The notes: generated from the letters alone by a model not told the origin. Shown: positions 10,876-22,138, numbered from the stretch's first letter. The stretch is DNA of 64,000 nucleotides from a virus (IMGVR_UViG_3300028833_000053); one strand, 5' to 3'. Numbers and translations are program-made.

Positions 10876-11619
10876 TTAGTAGTTTGCAGCAACACCACCG
10901 CCGGCGCCAAACTGTGACGCGAACGCGGTAGTGCCTCTATTGCCCTGTCCAGGAGACATTGGGTCTTCGGTTGCGATGTCCATTTCGCCATCGCCATTCG
11001 CCTTTCCGAGCTTGTTGTTTCTGCTCGTGTCGTCGTTCTTCTGGCCGATAGGCGTACCGGCGGACTGCTCCCAATAGACGGACTTGAAGTCAACGGAGAA
11101 GGTGGAAATACCACCAGCGGTGTTGGAAAGTTCAAGACCACCAACCTTGGTCACTCTCGTGCCGTGGATTAGCGTGGATTCAACAACGTCTTGGTAGTTT
11201 GGAGCAAGCAAGTCAACCTGAATCCAAGGCTCGTTGTCTCCGCCGGAGCCAAGCCTTGTAGGACGCCTGTTCGCCTCAAAGTAAGAACCATCCGTGATGT
11301 CGGGGTTGATGCAAGCAGCCTGCCAGTCAAGCATTGCGCGGCGAAGGTCGCCACGGACGTCTGCATACACCGTGATGGAATGATCCTGTCCCATGTCAAT
11401 CGTCGTTGGAACCGGAATCTTGTAGGCGCGATACTGCAAGTCCTCGAAGTTCACGGTTCTGTCGGGAAGCGTGAAAGCGTTTCCATAAACCTGCATTCTC
11501 TCCAGAGTCGTGTCAATCACAGCAAAGCCGCTGTGGAACTTGATTTCGTACATTGTCTATGTACGGACTTGGTCTTCGTTGAACAGCGTTATCGCTTGTG
11601 TCAGATTGTAATTTGCCAT
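10876..11619 (-). CDS. tail tube protein (T4 gp19-like), 247 aa (1 TAG)
   Basis: FTLPDRT...YRAYKIPVP...ITVYAD...LRRAMLDW...VGGLELS...ISTFSVDF; ATG 11619 with GAGG RBS; late motif at 11664. Confidence 0.75.
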
Positions 11620-11769
11620 GTTTCTGTTACCTCAAATAAAACTGTAGTTTGTTCGTTTGGTATTATTTACAATTTTCCGTTTGGTTTTCGTGGATCGGAC
11701 ATTTCCTATCCCATCACAGTTTTTATTTACAAACATTTGACGAAAATTGAAGGATTGGTAAATACCAGT

Positions 11770-12627
11770 ATGGCAACATCAGACGACACAGATTCTGGGC
11801 TTACAACAAAGTTGGATGGAAAATACCTCTTGGTGTCCGATTCAAACGAAATCGGAAACCAATATGACTCCAAAAAACTGTCCAAAGCGGATTTGGTTAA
11901 CATTGCGGAAGACAACTTGTTCAAGAGACATCTTGACATAATGTCGCAATACCTGACCAAAACCCAATACCAGACATACAAGGGAATCATAGACGAAAAG
12001 CTGCAATTGCAACTGGACTTGTGGGACGCTCTCAAAGCCCAAGAGTGGAGTGGAAAGTTCACGGCGGTTGACGGTCAGATTATATTGATTAACGTTGATG
12101 AATTCAACAAACTGAACAAAGCGCGTATGGAATCAGATCCACCCAAAACGGCCTTCACGCCAATGCAATACATCAGAGAATGTTGGCACATAACTTCGGA
12201 ATACAGCATAACCCAGTTGAAGGATTGCATGTTGAGGGGAATAACGCAAGTTGACTCACAGACAAAAGAACAAGTCATAAAGACGGGAAACGACAAGATT
12301 GGTCTTAAGGAAGTCAACATACCTCCACACATGCACCATAGCAGCATAACCACAAACGCAAACATCAGAAGCATGGAAGGAAGTGAAGAGCCAACCGACA
12401 AGACAAGGTTGGTGAACGAGGCGTTCGCCTATGACTTGTTCTACAACGATTCATTCGCAACGGGAGTTGACTTCAATGAATTGAATGGTGAGATTGACAC
12501 GTTCAACGTAAAGAACACTGGAATAACGTCAGGTGGACAAGACGAAACACCAAGACTTGACCACAACAACTTGCCAAGGTACACCAAATACTACGCCTTT
12601 GTCATTCACAAAGGCTCTAATACTTGA
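11770..12627 (+). CDS. baseplate/tail-collar-like structural protein
   Basis: ATG 11770 after GTAAATA (11758); 'LKEVNIPPHMHH...HNNLPRYTKYYAF' motif of phage baseplate/short-fibre proteins. Confidence 0.6.
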   Translation: MATSDDTDSGLTTKLDGKYLLVSDSNEIGNQYDSKKLSKADLVNIAEDNLFKRHLDIMSQYLTKTQYQTYKGIIDEKLQLQLDLWDALKAQEWSGKFTAVDGQIILINVDEFNKLNKARMESDPPKTAFTPMQYIRECWHITSEYSITQLKDCMLRGITQVDSQTKEQVIKTGNDKIGLKEVNIPPHMHHSSITTNANIRSMEGSEEPTDKTRLVNEAFAYDLFYNDSFATGVDFNELNGEIDTFNVKNTGITSGGQDETPRLDHNNLPRYTKYYAFVIHKGSNT

Positions 12628-12628
12628 T

Positions 12629-13558
12629 TCATTCCCAGGTGCGCAACTTGTAGAACTCGTCAACAACCGCTTGGCTCAATTCAACAGGAATGTTCTTGAA
12701 GTCAATCAACTTTGAATTCAACAAGAACCTTTGTGCCACCTCTGGCTCTTCGTGAAGCATCTTCTTGAACTCGTCTGTTTTCTCCGTAATGTACTTCAAC
12801 GCCCGAATCTCACCAATCTTCGGCTTGATGGGCTTGATGTTGTCCGAGTTGTCCCCGGAGATTATCTTCACCATCAACGCCTGTTGCGGCGTGATGCTTA
12901 TGACTTCATTTCCTTTTTTGATTTTGGGAACAACCATTTCCCCATGCGCCCCATACTGGGTAACCGGGCGGTCAATCTGGAGTTGGATGAAGTCGCGGTC
13001 GGATGAAATGAGGATGATTCTCTCGTATTCCTCTCCGATTCTCTCGCTCCTTGCAATTGACGCAATAACGTCGTCGCCTTCCGCACCGATTACTGCAAGT
13101 TGCATCGTATGTTCGCCAAAGATGGAAGGGAACACGTTGGCGTAGAGTTCATCAAACACGGGACCAATCTTGTACTGGCTTCTCTTGGCACGTTGGATTT
13201 TCCTTGCCAACTTGTACTCTGGATAAAGCCCATATCTGAACGATTTTGTCAGCCTTGAATCCTTTGCTATGATGGTGTCAACGAGAAAGCTGTTGGGATA
13301 TAGAAGTCCCGTGTTGTTCTCTATGATGTTGGCTATGCCATTCAACTTGTCAACCGCCGCGTTGTACAAGCACTTCTTGAACCATTGGCTTTCGTTCACG
13401 ATGTCCGGGAGATTGTCCTGGTCCGTCTCGTCCGGTGGACGTATGATGCATGTGTCAAGACTTTGGTACTGTTCGCTCCAAGTCTTGAACGCCCTGTAGT
13501 TCACGACAAACGACAGAAAACTGCCGTCTATCAACAATAAAACCTTTTTCACTGTCAT
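12629..13558 (-). CDS. rnh: 5'-3' exonuclease / T4 RNase H-like
   Basis: LLIDGS, FRYGLYPEYK, EGDDVIA, SSDRDFIQL, GDNSDNI motifs. Confidence 0.88.
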   Translation of the reverse strand: MTVKKVLLLIDGSFLSFVVNYRAFKTWSEQYQSLDTCIIRPPDETDQDNLPDIVNESQWFKKCLYNAAVDKLNGIANIIENNTGLLYPNSFLVDTIIAKDSRLTKSFRYGLYPEYKLARKIQRAKRSQYKIGPVFDELYANVFPSIFGEHTMQLAVIGAEGDDVIASIARSERIGEEYERIILISSDRDFIQLQIDRPVTQYGAHGEMVVPKIKKGNEVISITPQQALMVKIISGDNSDNIKPIKPKIGEIRALKYITEKTDEFKKMLHEEPEVAQRFLLNSKLIDFKNIPVELSQAVVDEFYKLRTWE

Positions 13559-13673
13559 TGGTAGTAAAACCTCATATAATCTTTACATAAATTATACCAC
13601 ATTCTAGGGCATTTGTACATCTTTGGGGATTTTGGTAAATAAACTGTGAAAACTCAACAGAGGGAAACAAAAC

Positions 13674-14525
13674 ATGAAACTGATAAATGCCATAATAGGG
13701 TTCTTCAAGGGTTTGTTCGGAAAGAAAACTGACGAAAACGATGGGGAATGCCTGAATTGCGAGGAAAAAGACGTGTGCCAGACAACAGATAAAAGCAAGA
13801 AATATGCCTTGATTGTTGGAATGGAAACATCCAAATGGGGTGCTTGCCCGGGTTCCGACAAGGACTCCAGCGTTATGTACGGACTGGTTTCACAGTACGT
13901 CAACAACGACCACATAATCAAAATCAACAACAAGTTGGCAACAACCGAGAACGTCAGGCAGTCATTGGAGGATCAAATAGCCAAGGTTCCGGAAGATGGT
14001 TTGTTCATCTTCACGTATTCGGGACACGGTGGACAGTACAACCAGTCAAACGATGCCAAGAACGAAACCGATGGACGTGACGAGTTCCTTTGTCTCTACG
14101 ATGGTGCGCTGATTGACAACGACCTTTGGGACATCTTCAACAAGTGCAAGGGACGCATTTTCGTGGTGTTTGACTGCTGCCATTCCGGCACGATGTACAG
14201 ACTTCCATCCGAAAACGGGGCAACCGGCGACGAGGCGGAAGACCGCATTCCTCTTGAAAAGCCATTCTTCTCAAAGTACGAAAACGTCCGCGCCGGAATC
14301 AAGATGCTTGTGGTTTCCGGATGCGGAGAGGAAACGGTCTCTTGGGGAGATTCAGTGAACGGCGGCGTCTTGACGGCTGCCATGAAGAAGAACTTCAACA
14401 AGTGCCTGACCTACCGCGAGTGGTGGAACAAGTTCAAGAAGGAAAGCACCTTCAAGAAGGTGAAGCAGGTTCCAATCTGCACGAACGTTGGCGGATTCGA
14501 CTTGAACGCCAGGATATTCAACTGA
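13674..14525 (+). CDS. caspase/metacaspase-family peptidase (C14)
   Basis: KYALIVG, YSGHGGQ (His), DEFLC, DCCHSGT (Cys), SGC.E...S...GG.LT. Confidence 0.9.
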   Translation: MKLINAIIGFFKGLFGKKTDENDGECLNCEEKDVCQTTDKSKKYALIVGMETSKWGACPGSDKDSSVMYGLVSQYVNNDHIIKINNKLATTENVRQSLEDQIAKVPEDGLFIFTYSGHGGQYNQSNDAKNETDGRDEFLCLYDGALIDNDLWDIFNKCKGRIFVVFDCCHSGTMYRLPSENGATGDEAEDRIPLEKPFFSKYENVRAGIKMLVVSGCGEETVSWGDSVNGGVLTAAMKKNFNKCLTYREWWNKFKKESTFKKVKQVPICTNVGGFDLNARIFN

Positions 14526-14541
14526 GAAAGGTGGTAGTCAA

Positions 14542-16089
14542 GTGGCAGAGACGGTCATATAGTCAACAAGGGATCAATACGATGAAGAAGACGAAGTTGT
14601 GCCAGAGAAAGTCAAATGGCGCGACTACAAGGAGTATGAAAAGGAGCGTTTTCTTCGTTGGTTTGGAACCGATTACGTCCCTGCCCTTGACTTGGACAAC
14701 ATAACAAAAAAGACGTTATGCTCCATTCCCAAGATGTCCAACGACATCCAAAGCGACACGTTCAGCGAAGATGCAAGGAACTTGATAAGTGAAACTTCGG
14801 ACCTCACCCGGGCGAACATAGACAACTCAACTTCACAGTCACTGCTTTCCCTTGCCACAAAGTCAACTCTCAACGTCATAAACAAGGACGATGGGCAATA
14901 CCTGAGAATGGTGGTGAGCGGTCACCAACAAACCGCCGGCGTTGCATTTCACCTTACGGGCAAAATGCAAAATGTCATCCAGGACATGAACCACTACGCA
15001 AACACATGGATGTTGATTCAAAAAGCCTATCAGTGCATCTGCCTTGAAATGCTTTTCTTGAACGTCACAACCACGTTGGCGCCGAACGTAGTTCAAATAT
15101 GGGACAAAATTGGACAATACATGGGGGATGACGATGACTACATTCCGAAGGATTGGTATACAATCAAATCATATTTGGAACCGCTTCAAACCCCAACGTT
15201 CCTGGACTTGTTGAGATTCAGGCAGCTTGACATTGAAACCATCATTGAGAAGGTCAACTACCAGATGCTGAAGAGAAGGGCGTTCCTTCTTGGCATATCG
15301 GATAAACGTAACAGGTTGGAGGAAGATTCAGATGGTGAATGGACGGAAATAGAAGATAGTTATTATTCCAGAGAAGAATTCCTCAGATTGTTCATCAACG
15401 ATGAGGACTTGATAACGCAATTGAAGAATATGTTGGGAGACATAATCTACTACAACACCTACCTTGACCACTACATATACAAGTACATGGAGGACGACAA
15501 CCAGGACAAGCCAATGTGGTATGCCAACATTCCCTTGGCGGAAGAGCAGATAAAGGTGTTGATTATAGAGCCGTTGGACAGAATATATGGAAGAAGCTAC
15601 ACGGCGGACGAGATTGAAGAACGTAAGAAATACAACGTGTCGTTTGATGATGTCACTGTGGATGAATTGAGAACCACCATCATGACGTTGAACACCTTGA
15701 TTGTCAGACTTCCAACGGACACCTACCAAAACAAGATCGCCAGCCGCCACATATTCCAAGACTGGAAAAAGTTTGTCGATGGGAGCGTCAAGAAGATGGT
15801 GGCGAACGGAGAAAAATACCTCAATCCCGAAACAACCCCCGAAGAAAAAGAAGAACTTGAACCAAAGTGCCTTTTTGTGGAATGGGAAACAAAAGACGGT
15901 AAACGTGTATGGAAAACAGAAACTGGAAATGGAACAGATGGACTGCCTCACCCATACACTGAACTATATGTTGATTCGTTAAAAACCGAAAAACTCATCG
16001 ACTATTCATATTGCATCGAGGAAGGAAAAGTAGTCCACGATAGATGGGACTATTGGGAGGCGAACAAGGACTTCAAACGTCCAGAATGA
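14542..16089 (+). CDS. hypothetical protein (~515 aa, 1 TAG near N-terminus)
   Basis: GTG 14542 with AAGGTGG RBS in frame with ORF 14599-16089. Confidence 0.6.
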
Positions 16090-16094
16090 TGCAA

Positions 16095-16781
16095 TCAAAG
16101 CATCTGGCAAATGTCTTCCAACAGTCCAGTCTTGCACTTTTCCACATAATCCAAAATGGCTGAATCAACCGGTTTTCCCTTCATAATCTTGTCGGAAAGA
16201 ATGGAGAGAACTTCATTTGATGAACGAACCTTTATGTGGTTGCCCTCAAGAATCGCTTGTATTTTCAATTGGTTTTTGGGGAAGAAACCCTGAGCCACTT
16301 CAACGAAATCCAAAATCCCCAAGGATTGAATGGAATAGAACTTCGTCCGCATCAGGGGGTTCTTTGCAAGGTCAAAAAATATGGTGTGCAAGAACTCGTC
16401 CATTTCCTTGTTCTGCGAAACGAACACCGTGTCGGATTCCAGCACATACCTTCTGTTCGCAAGGTGAAGGATGCGGTCGCGGTTCGCCTCCCCAATGCTT
16501 TCAATGGATTCAACCAACTTCAACGCAGGACGCAAGCGAATGTTGTTCACCGGCTTCGGCTCTTGAACGAATATGTGGGTTGAAGCGTCAAGGGCAAGCA
16601 TCTCGGAAATCTTCCCCTTCATGAACTTCAACGTCTTTTTCCTCGTTGATTCAAGGTTGACGTTGTTGATGTAGATGATTCCCGCGCTCTCAACGAAAGC
16701 GGCCTTGTTCTCCATCTGGGGAAGGAACTCGTTGAACCACAGGGTTGCCAAGTCCCTGAAATCTACAACCCTGTAGTTCAT
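16095..16781 (-). CDS. hypothetical protein
   Basis: 228-aa ORF translationally coupled to upstream gene. Confidence 0.6.
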   Translation of the reverse strand: MNYRVVDFRDLATLWFNEFLPQMENKAAFVESAGIIYINNVNLESTRKKTLKFMKGKISEMLALDASTHIFVQEPKPVNNIRLRPALKLVESIESIGEANRDRILHLANRRYVLESDTVFVSQNKEMDEFLHTIFFDLAKNPLMRTKFYSIQSLGILDFVEVAQGFFPKNQLKIQAILEGNHIKVRSSNEVLSILSDKIMKGKPVDSAILDYVEKCKTGLLEDICQML

Positions 16782-17320
16782 CAGTAATACTCGACGCGGC
16801 CTTCAAGAACCTCAAGAATGTCGCTTCGACTTTTTGGAGTGCCATAGTCCTGGGAGAATCCAAACGCCCTGAGCCCGGTCAAGTCAACACCATCGGACTT
16901 GAGGTGTTTCTTCAAGTCCTCGTTCATTTCGTCCTCGTCGGCAAACTCCCAATTACCATCATCGCGTCTGTAGCTGGAGGCGTTGTACATATAGCCACCC
17001 TCGGACATGTAGTATTTCGCCTTCACAACGATGAACTTGTCAAGGTCAATCTGGTGCATGTCGCAGTCCATGAGCAGTTCGGGAGTCAACTTGAAGATGT
17101 AGTCTCCCTCAGAACCGGCGTTCTTCAAGACAAGGAAAAACGCCTCGTCCTTCTCCAGATTGGCAAAATCCTCAATGGTGAGGAGCGGAGCAATCTTGTT
17201 CTTGAAACTCTCCACGGAGGAATCATCGTCAATGGAAACTGGCGGACGCCTCTTCCTCTCGCCAAACATGACGAAAGAGGAAGAGCTGGAATTGCTGACA
17301 TAATCAACTCTGATTTTCAT
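16781..17320 (-). CDS. MKIRxDFVxNSSSSSF-family protein
   Basis: N-terminus MKIRVDYVSNSSSSSFVM. Confidence 0.7.
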   Translation of the reverse strand: MKIRVDYVSNSSSSSFVMFGERKRRPPVSIDDDSSVESFKNKIAPLLTIEDFANLEKDEAFFLVLKNAGSEGDYIFKLTPELLMDCDMHQIDLDKFIVVKAKYYMSEGGYMYNASSYRRDDGNWEFADEDEMNEDLKKHLKSDGVDLTGLRAFGFSQDYGTPKSRSDILEVLEGRVEYY

Positions 17321-17388
17321 GGCGCGTATGTTCCTTTATGGTTTATCCATATTAAGTATACCCCAAAAAGGAATTTCTGTAAAGTGCC

Positions 17389-18654
17389 TTACGCCACTAT
17401 CAAAAGCCTGTTGTTTGAGCGCGTGACCGCCGTGTAAAGCCATTTCCTGCGGTAGTCCTCGTCCCAATATCCGCTTGTTTCCTCAAAGAGCATCACGTTC
17501 CCCCATTCGGAACCCTGTGCCTTGTGGACTGTGAGACAGTACCCAAAGTCAAATGCGTCAAAGTAGAGTTTCTTGCTCCCCAACTTGCCGCGCATCATCT
17601 TCTTCTCCTTTATGGTAAGGCTTGACTTCATCTGCATGAGTTCCCTAACGGTTATGAACTCCTTGCCATCGTCGGAGTATTTCATTTCGCCAAAATGATC
17701 CTTGCACACAAGCCCCTTGTAGCGGAACCCATCATCGGTGTCAACCGTCATGTTGTAGACGCCGTTCACTTCCTTTGTCACAATGTCCTCGGCGGTTTCA
17801 AGCCCAGCTATCCTCCCCAACATGCCATTATAGATGGGGTCAACATAGGCGCGGTTGTTGCGCAAGCACACAACGCGGTCACCAACCCTGGGAATCTTGT
17901 CGTTTATGTCGGCGATGATTCCCTGGTCTAGCCGAATCAACTGGTTGACGTCCGCCCTTGTGTTGTTGGTGCCGCAAAGACACACCCCATTGGAGAAGTC
18001 CCCAAGATGTTTCTGGACAAAATAGTTCACAAGTGCATCCGTCTCATTGACCTTCGCCACCTTGTCGTCAAACGTCTTGAAGGGGATTCTGTCTCCGTTC
18101 CTTGCCATGATGGATAAATCCAGCAAAGCGGAATCCGCACCAAACCTGTGAACCTGTTCCAGCTTTATCACGGGGTCTGTCATCAAGTTGAAATCGTCGG
18201 ATGAAATCGGAGGAAGCTGCCCATGGTCTCCAACAAACAATATGGGTATGCCATACATACGCAAGTCATGGAAAAGATCCTCGTTCACCATGCTTGCCTC
18301 GTCAACTATGATGAGGTTGAAGTCAATCCAGGTTTTGCGCTCAAATACCTTGAGGTTTGTCTCGGGATCAACACGCACATGATAGCAAAGCCCATGGATT
18401 GTACCAACATAGTCAAGTGAAGTTATGGCACCCGCTGCAATCAACTTGTCCTTCATCACACCGGCTGCCTTTCCGGTGTAGGCGCAAAACGCAACCTTCC
18501 AGTTATTGGGAAGGGACTTCCTCACTGCGGAAATCAAGGATGTCTTTCCCGTTCCCGCATATCCCCCAAGGGTCAGATAAGACGAACGCCTGGTTGAATT
18601 AATCCAATCAAGTATCGTCTGCTTCGCTTTCAACTGGTCTGGACTCAAGTTCAT
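17389..18654 (-). CDS. dda: Dda/RecD-like SF1B DNA helicase
   Basis: GYAGTGKT, IVDEASMV, VGDHGQLPPI, TVHKAQGSEW, LYTAVTR. Confidence 0.88.
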   Translation of the reverse strand: MNLSPDQLKAKQTILDWINSTRRSSYLTLGGYAGTGKTSLISAVRKSLPNNWKVAFCAYTGKAAGVMKDKLIAAGAITSLDYVGTIHGLCYHVRVDPETNLKVFERKTWIDFNLIIVDEASMVNEDLFHDLRMYGIPILFVGDHGQLPPISSDDFNLMTDPVIKLEQVHRFGADSALLDLSIMARNGDRIPFKTFDDKVAKVNETDALVNYFVQKHLGDFSNGVCLCGTNNTRADVNQLIRLDQGIIADINDKIPRVGDRVVCLRNNRAYVDPIYNGMLGRIAGLETAEDIVTKEVNGVYNMTVDTDDGFRYKGLVCKDHFGEMKYSDDGKEFITVRELMQMKSSLTIKEKKMMRGKLGSKKLYFDAFDFGYCLTVHKAQGSEWGNVMLFEETSGYWDEDYRRKWLYTAVTRSNNRLLIVA

Positions 18655-19688
18655 TGTGGTTTCCTGAACACGTAAATGTTTTCATCGCCATTGTGCTGGT
18701 GGTTTGTGCCGTCGCCGTTGATTGTGCCAAAACTCCTGTTGTGAACGTCCATAACGTCCATTCCAACCTGCTCCAACCCAACGCGCCTTGCAATTTCGCA
18801 CCAATTCTCTGCCATCTTGTACTTTGGAGTGTCCTTGATGTTCACAAGGAAATATCCACCTGGAACAAGGTACTTCGAGATATTGAGGATTGTCGGAACA
18901 ACATAGTTCCTAATCCAATCAACATAAAGCATTCCCTCCTTGTAGGACTGTCCCTCCCCAATCTTATAGTCCTCTATGTCAAAATAGGGTGGGGAGCTGA
19001 AACACAATCCCATTTGCCCTTCCCATTCAGGATGGAAAACCTCCGAACCCCCACACACAATGGTGGCCGTGGACTTGGGCGTTGCAACCTTGCAATAGTC
19101 GTTTTTCAATTCATTTAACTTGACGCAGAGTTCCGTGTTTGGGTCGGTCCCAAAATAGTTCACGCCATTGCGCAACGCACCAAGCAACCTCACGCCCCAA
19201 CCACAGGAATAGTCATACCAATTTTCATTCACGTTGTACTTTGACAATACTTCATCAACCGTTTTCAAGGAGAACTGCGTTGGAGGGGAAGCCACGCCCT
19301 TTCCAGCAAGCCCGAACATCTTGTACATCTTCTTTGACAACGGCCACTCTGGGGGATATACCTTGGCGTTCTGCCTCGCCTTTGCAGACATATACTCCAC
19401 CAACTCCTTGCAATTGAATACGTCCTCAATCGTCCACTTGTTGTAGTGCAGCTTCACCTTGGACATAAGTTCACGGAAATACCTGTGGGTGATAACGTCA
19501 ATCTTCGTGCCTCCGTCATTGGCAACCTTCTCCAATTGGGAAAGAACCTTGTCCATAGGCGGCAAGTCATAATAGTCGCTTTTAGCCTTGAGGAACTCTT
19601 CGTCCGACAGGCTTTCCCAATACAAGGTGTCAAAGGACTGACCACCATATTCTATTCTGTACTTTCCATTGTTCAATTGTGTTGCCAT
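18651..19688 (-). CDS. amino-DNA methyltransferase (N6A/N4C)
   Basis: YDYSCGWGVRLLG (SAM binding), FSSPPYFDIEDY (catalytic motif IV). Confidence 0.85.
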   Translation of the reverse strand: MATQLNNGKYRIEYGGQSFDTLYWESLSDEEFLKAKSDYYDLPPMDKVLSQLEKVANDGGTKIDVITHRYFRELMSKVKLHYNKWTIEDVFNCKELVEYMSAKARQNAKVYPPEWPLSKKMYKMFGLAGKGVASPPTQFSLKTVDEVLSKYNVNENWYDYSCGWGVRLLGALRNGVNYFGTDPNTELCVKLNELKNDYCKVATPKSTATIVCGGSEVFHPEWEGQMGLCFSSPPYFDIEDYKIGEGQSYKEGMLYVDWIRNYVVPTILNISKYLVPGGYFLVNIKDTPKYKMAENWCEIARRVGLEQVGMDVMDVHNRSFGTINGDGTNHQHNGDENIYVFRKPQ

Positions 19689-19831
19689 AGCAAATACAGT
19701 ATACCATTTTTGGTGAAAATAGTAAATAACAAATAACCACAACCCCGCTATACGGTGTGGCATACCTAATTTCAATTGAAATTATGTAAATATATTTAGC
19801 AAACAAAAATCCATTTAGACAAAGAAGGTTT

Positions 19832-21808
19832 ATGAAACTGGAAGAACTATACGCCAAGTACGACGAAATCGTTGGAATGGGGGGAATGAAGGTCTCGCCT
19901 ACCGACCATTTCGTTTTTGACTTGTCAGACGAGAATTCCCAGAAATCCCTGAAGATGGCGTTTCCGGGAATCGAGTCCATGCTCATGCCTGAATGTGGAA
20001 AGTATCTTGTTGCCGCCCCAATCGTGGAGAACACGGACATTCTTGTTTTGATGTTCCCCCAACAGACGGATGGAAGTTTGGGGCTTTGGGCGTTCAACAC
20101 GAAAACCCAGAAGAGCTGCGACTTGACGCATTCCGCCGAAGATGACGAAGAGCAGAAGACCACGCTAGAGAATTTCAAGGACTTCGCAAACATGGAGGAA
20201 ATTACCAAACGGTTCAATGAATTCGCTTTCATGCCCAATGGTGAGGACTCTACCACTGAAGTCAAAGACATTGGTTCATTTGACGTTTCAAACGATGAAC
20301 CTGTGGAAATACCAAACAATACAGATAACGAGGAAACTAAAATGACATTCAAGCCAATCCAAGAAGAGAGCCTTGACAGTGAACTCAAGGACACAAAGTG
20401 GGTTGAGATTCCAAACACCACGGCTCACGGTGTCACCGTGACTGAAGACGATACCGCTGGCGGAGACGATCCTTTCGCCGATGGTTCACTTGACGCAAAC
20501 GCCCCAGCACCTGAGGGTGACGCTGCTGCTCCCGCCGAAGGAGATGCCGCCGCCGCTGATGGTGGAGAGGCCGCCCCTTCTGAAGGTGACGCAGCTGCGG
20601 GTGGTGAAGCCGCTCCAGCTGAAGGTGACGGCACAGTTGCTCCTGCAGAAGGTGGTGACACAGCAACGATTGACGATCCAAAGGCAAAGATGCGCGAACT
20701 TCTCGCCTACTACACCAACTACATGAACGAGTTGGTTCAGGACCCGAACACCTCCACGGACCTAATTTCCGCAACACAGGAAATGATTGACTCTCTCATC
20801 AAGAACATGGAGAGCGCGGATGGAATCGAGGAAGTGAAGGCCGATGCAGAAGAGGCCGCAAAGGAAGAAGTCACCGCTGAAGAGGCTCCTGCTGAGGAAG
20901 CCCCTGCGGAGGGTGATGCTGCCGCAGCCCCTGCGGAAGGTGACGCAGCTGCTCCCGCTGAAGGTGGTGATGCCACTGCCGCTGAAGAGCCAGTTGCTGA
21001 AGGAACCGAAGAGACCAACGATGAACAGAAGGAACTTGACGCGCAGATTGACGCAGAAGTTGATGACCTTCACAAGGACGACCTTGAGAACATCGAGCCA
21101 GCAACTTCCGATGACATTCTCACCCCTGGTGACATCCGCAACTCCGCGGTGAATGACGTTGGACTTGAGGACGTTCCACCAACACCAGACGAGGAATTGG
21201 CTGGAACCGCTCCCGACTTGGCCGCTCCTGCTCCAACAAGCGACGTTCTTGACGACACCGAGCTTCCTTCCCCAGACGAGGAAGTGGACTTGCTCGGACC
21301 AACTGATGATTTCGACCTTGGAGCCGATGGACTTCCCGTTGACGCATACACTGGCGACCTTGACGCATTGACAACATCCCCTGTTGCAAAGAAGATTAAC
21401 TGGTCTACCGACTATGCAACGAATGGTATGGCAACTTCCGACGACAACAACGTTGTGGTTCCTGAAGTTCTCAATGAACTCTCAGACTACTACAAGAAGG
21501 TTGCTGACGAAGTGAGCAAGGTTCCCGGCAAGGAGGACGTTGCGATGAAGCTGCAGAAGATTCAGATTCTCTCTCAGACAATCGCAAACGAGTGGAACGG
21601 CATTGTTTCCCAGATTGGTGACAACGTTGCAAGTTCCTACGACCTCAGCAATATGGGCGACCTTGAGAAGGACGAACTTTCTTCCGTTGACGCAATGAAC
21701 CAGGTTGGCGCGGACGTCATGGCTGACGATGAGCAGGAAGAAGAGGACGACCTCAAGATCAACAACGACATTGCCGCGTTTGTTGAATCCTTCAAGCACC
21801 TCTATTGA
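19832..21808 (+). CDS. highly acidic late protein with APAEGDAAA repeats (scaffold/internal head protein candidate)
   Basis: 658 aa, late motif at 19786, terminator at 21833. Confidence 0.65.
   Translation: MKLEELYAKYDEIVGMGGMKVSPTDHFVFDLSDENSQKSLKMAFPGIESMLMPECGKYLVAAPIVENTDILVLMFPQQTDGSLGLWAFNTKTQKSCDLTHSAEDDEEQKTTLENFKDFANMEEITKRFNEFAFMPNGEDSTTEVKDIGSFDVSNDEPVEIPNNTDNEETKMTFKPIQEESLDSELKDTKWVEIPNTTAHGVTVTEDDTAGGDDPFADGSLDANAPAPEGDAAAPAEGDAAAADGGEAAPSEGDAAAGGEAAPAEGDGTVAPAEGGDTATIDDPKAKMRELLAYYTNYMNELVQDPNTSTDLISATQEMIDSLIKNMESADGIEEVKADAEEAAKEEVTAEEAPAEEAPAEGDAAAAPAEGDAAAPAEGGDATAAEEPVAEGTEETNDEQKELDAQIDAEVDDLHKDDLENIEPATSDDILTPGDIRNSAVNDVGLEDVPPTPDEELAGTAPDLAAPAPTSDVLDDTELPSPDEEVDLLGPTDDFDLGADGLPVDAYTGDLDALTTSPVAKKINWSTDYATNGMATSDDNNVVVPEVLNELSDYYKKVADEVSKVPGKEDVAMKLQKIQILSQTIANEWNGIVSQIGDNVASSYDLSNMGDLEKDELSSVDAMNQVGADVMADDEQEEEDDLKINNDIAAFVESFKHLY
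20500..21005 (+). repeat. two clusters of imperfect 24-30 nt coding repeats (APAEG[D/G]AAA)
   Basis: repeated gc-cc-gc-gaag-g-tga units. Confidence 0.75.
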
Positions 21809-21832
21809 TATTGAGGACTGCTTGATAAAGCA

Positions 21833-21864
21833 CGAAAGGTTCGGACAAACGTCCGAACCTTTTG
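21833..21864. terminator. bidirectional terminator
   Basis: aaaggttcggac-aaac-gtccgaacctttt. Confidence 0.75.
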
Positions 21865-21887
21865 GTTTAATGTGAAACCGTGTTGTT

Positions 21888-22118
21888 TTACAGTGGCTTC
21901 ACAACTTTCCACACCCCAAACACGTTGTTGGTCTTTGTCGGGAACTCCACCCCAACCTTCTGCGCCACTTCCGACAGCTTGTTCGTGGTCTTTGTAGTAG
22001 TAATGAGGTCTTTGATGCCAATTGCGGCGATAAGAGCAAGCGCAACAAGCAGGATGAGATTGGTTTTCACCAAACGCTTTGCAATGCGCTTGAACGTGGT
22101 ATCTGTTTCATTGTCCAT
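21888..22118 (-). CDS. small membrane protein
   Basis: single hydrophobic segment LILLVALALIAAIGI. Confidence 0.55.
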   Translation of the reverse strand: MDNETDTTFKRIAKRLVKTNLILLVALALIAAIGIKDLITTTKTTNKLSEVAQKVGVEFPTKTNNVFGVWKVVKPL

Positions 22119-22138
22119 TTTCTTTTGTCCTTTCTTTC

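Noticed and set aside
20500-21005. CRISPR-like repeat array
   Set aside because: Repeats are degenerate, in-frame coding units without unique spacers; no cas genes
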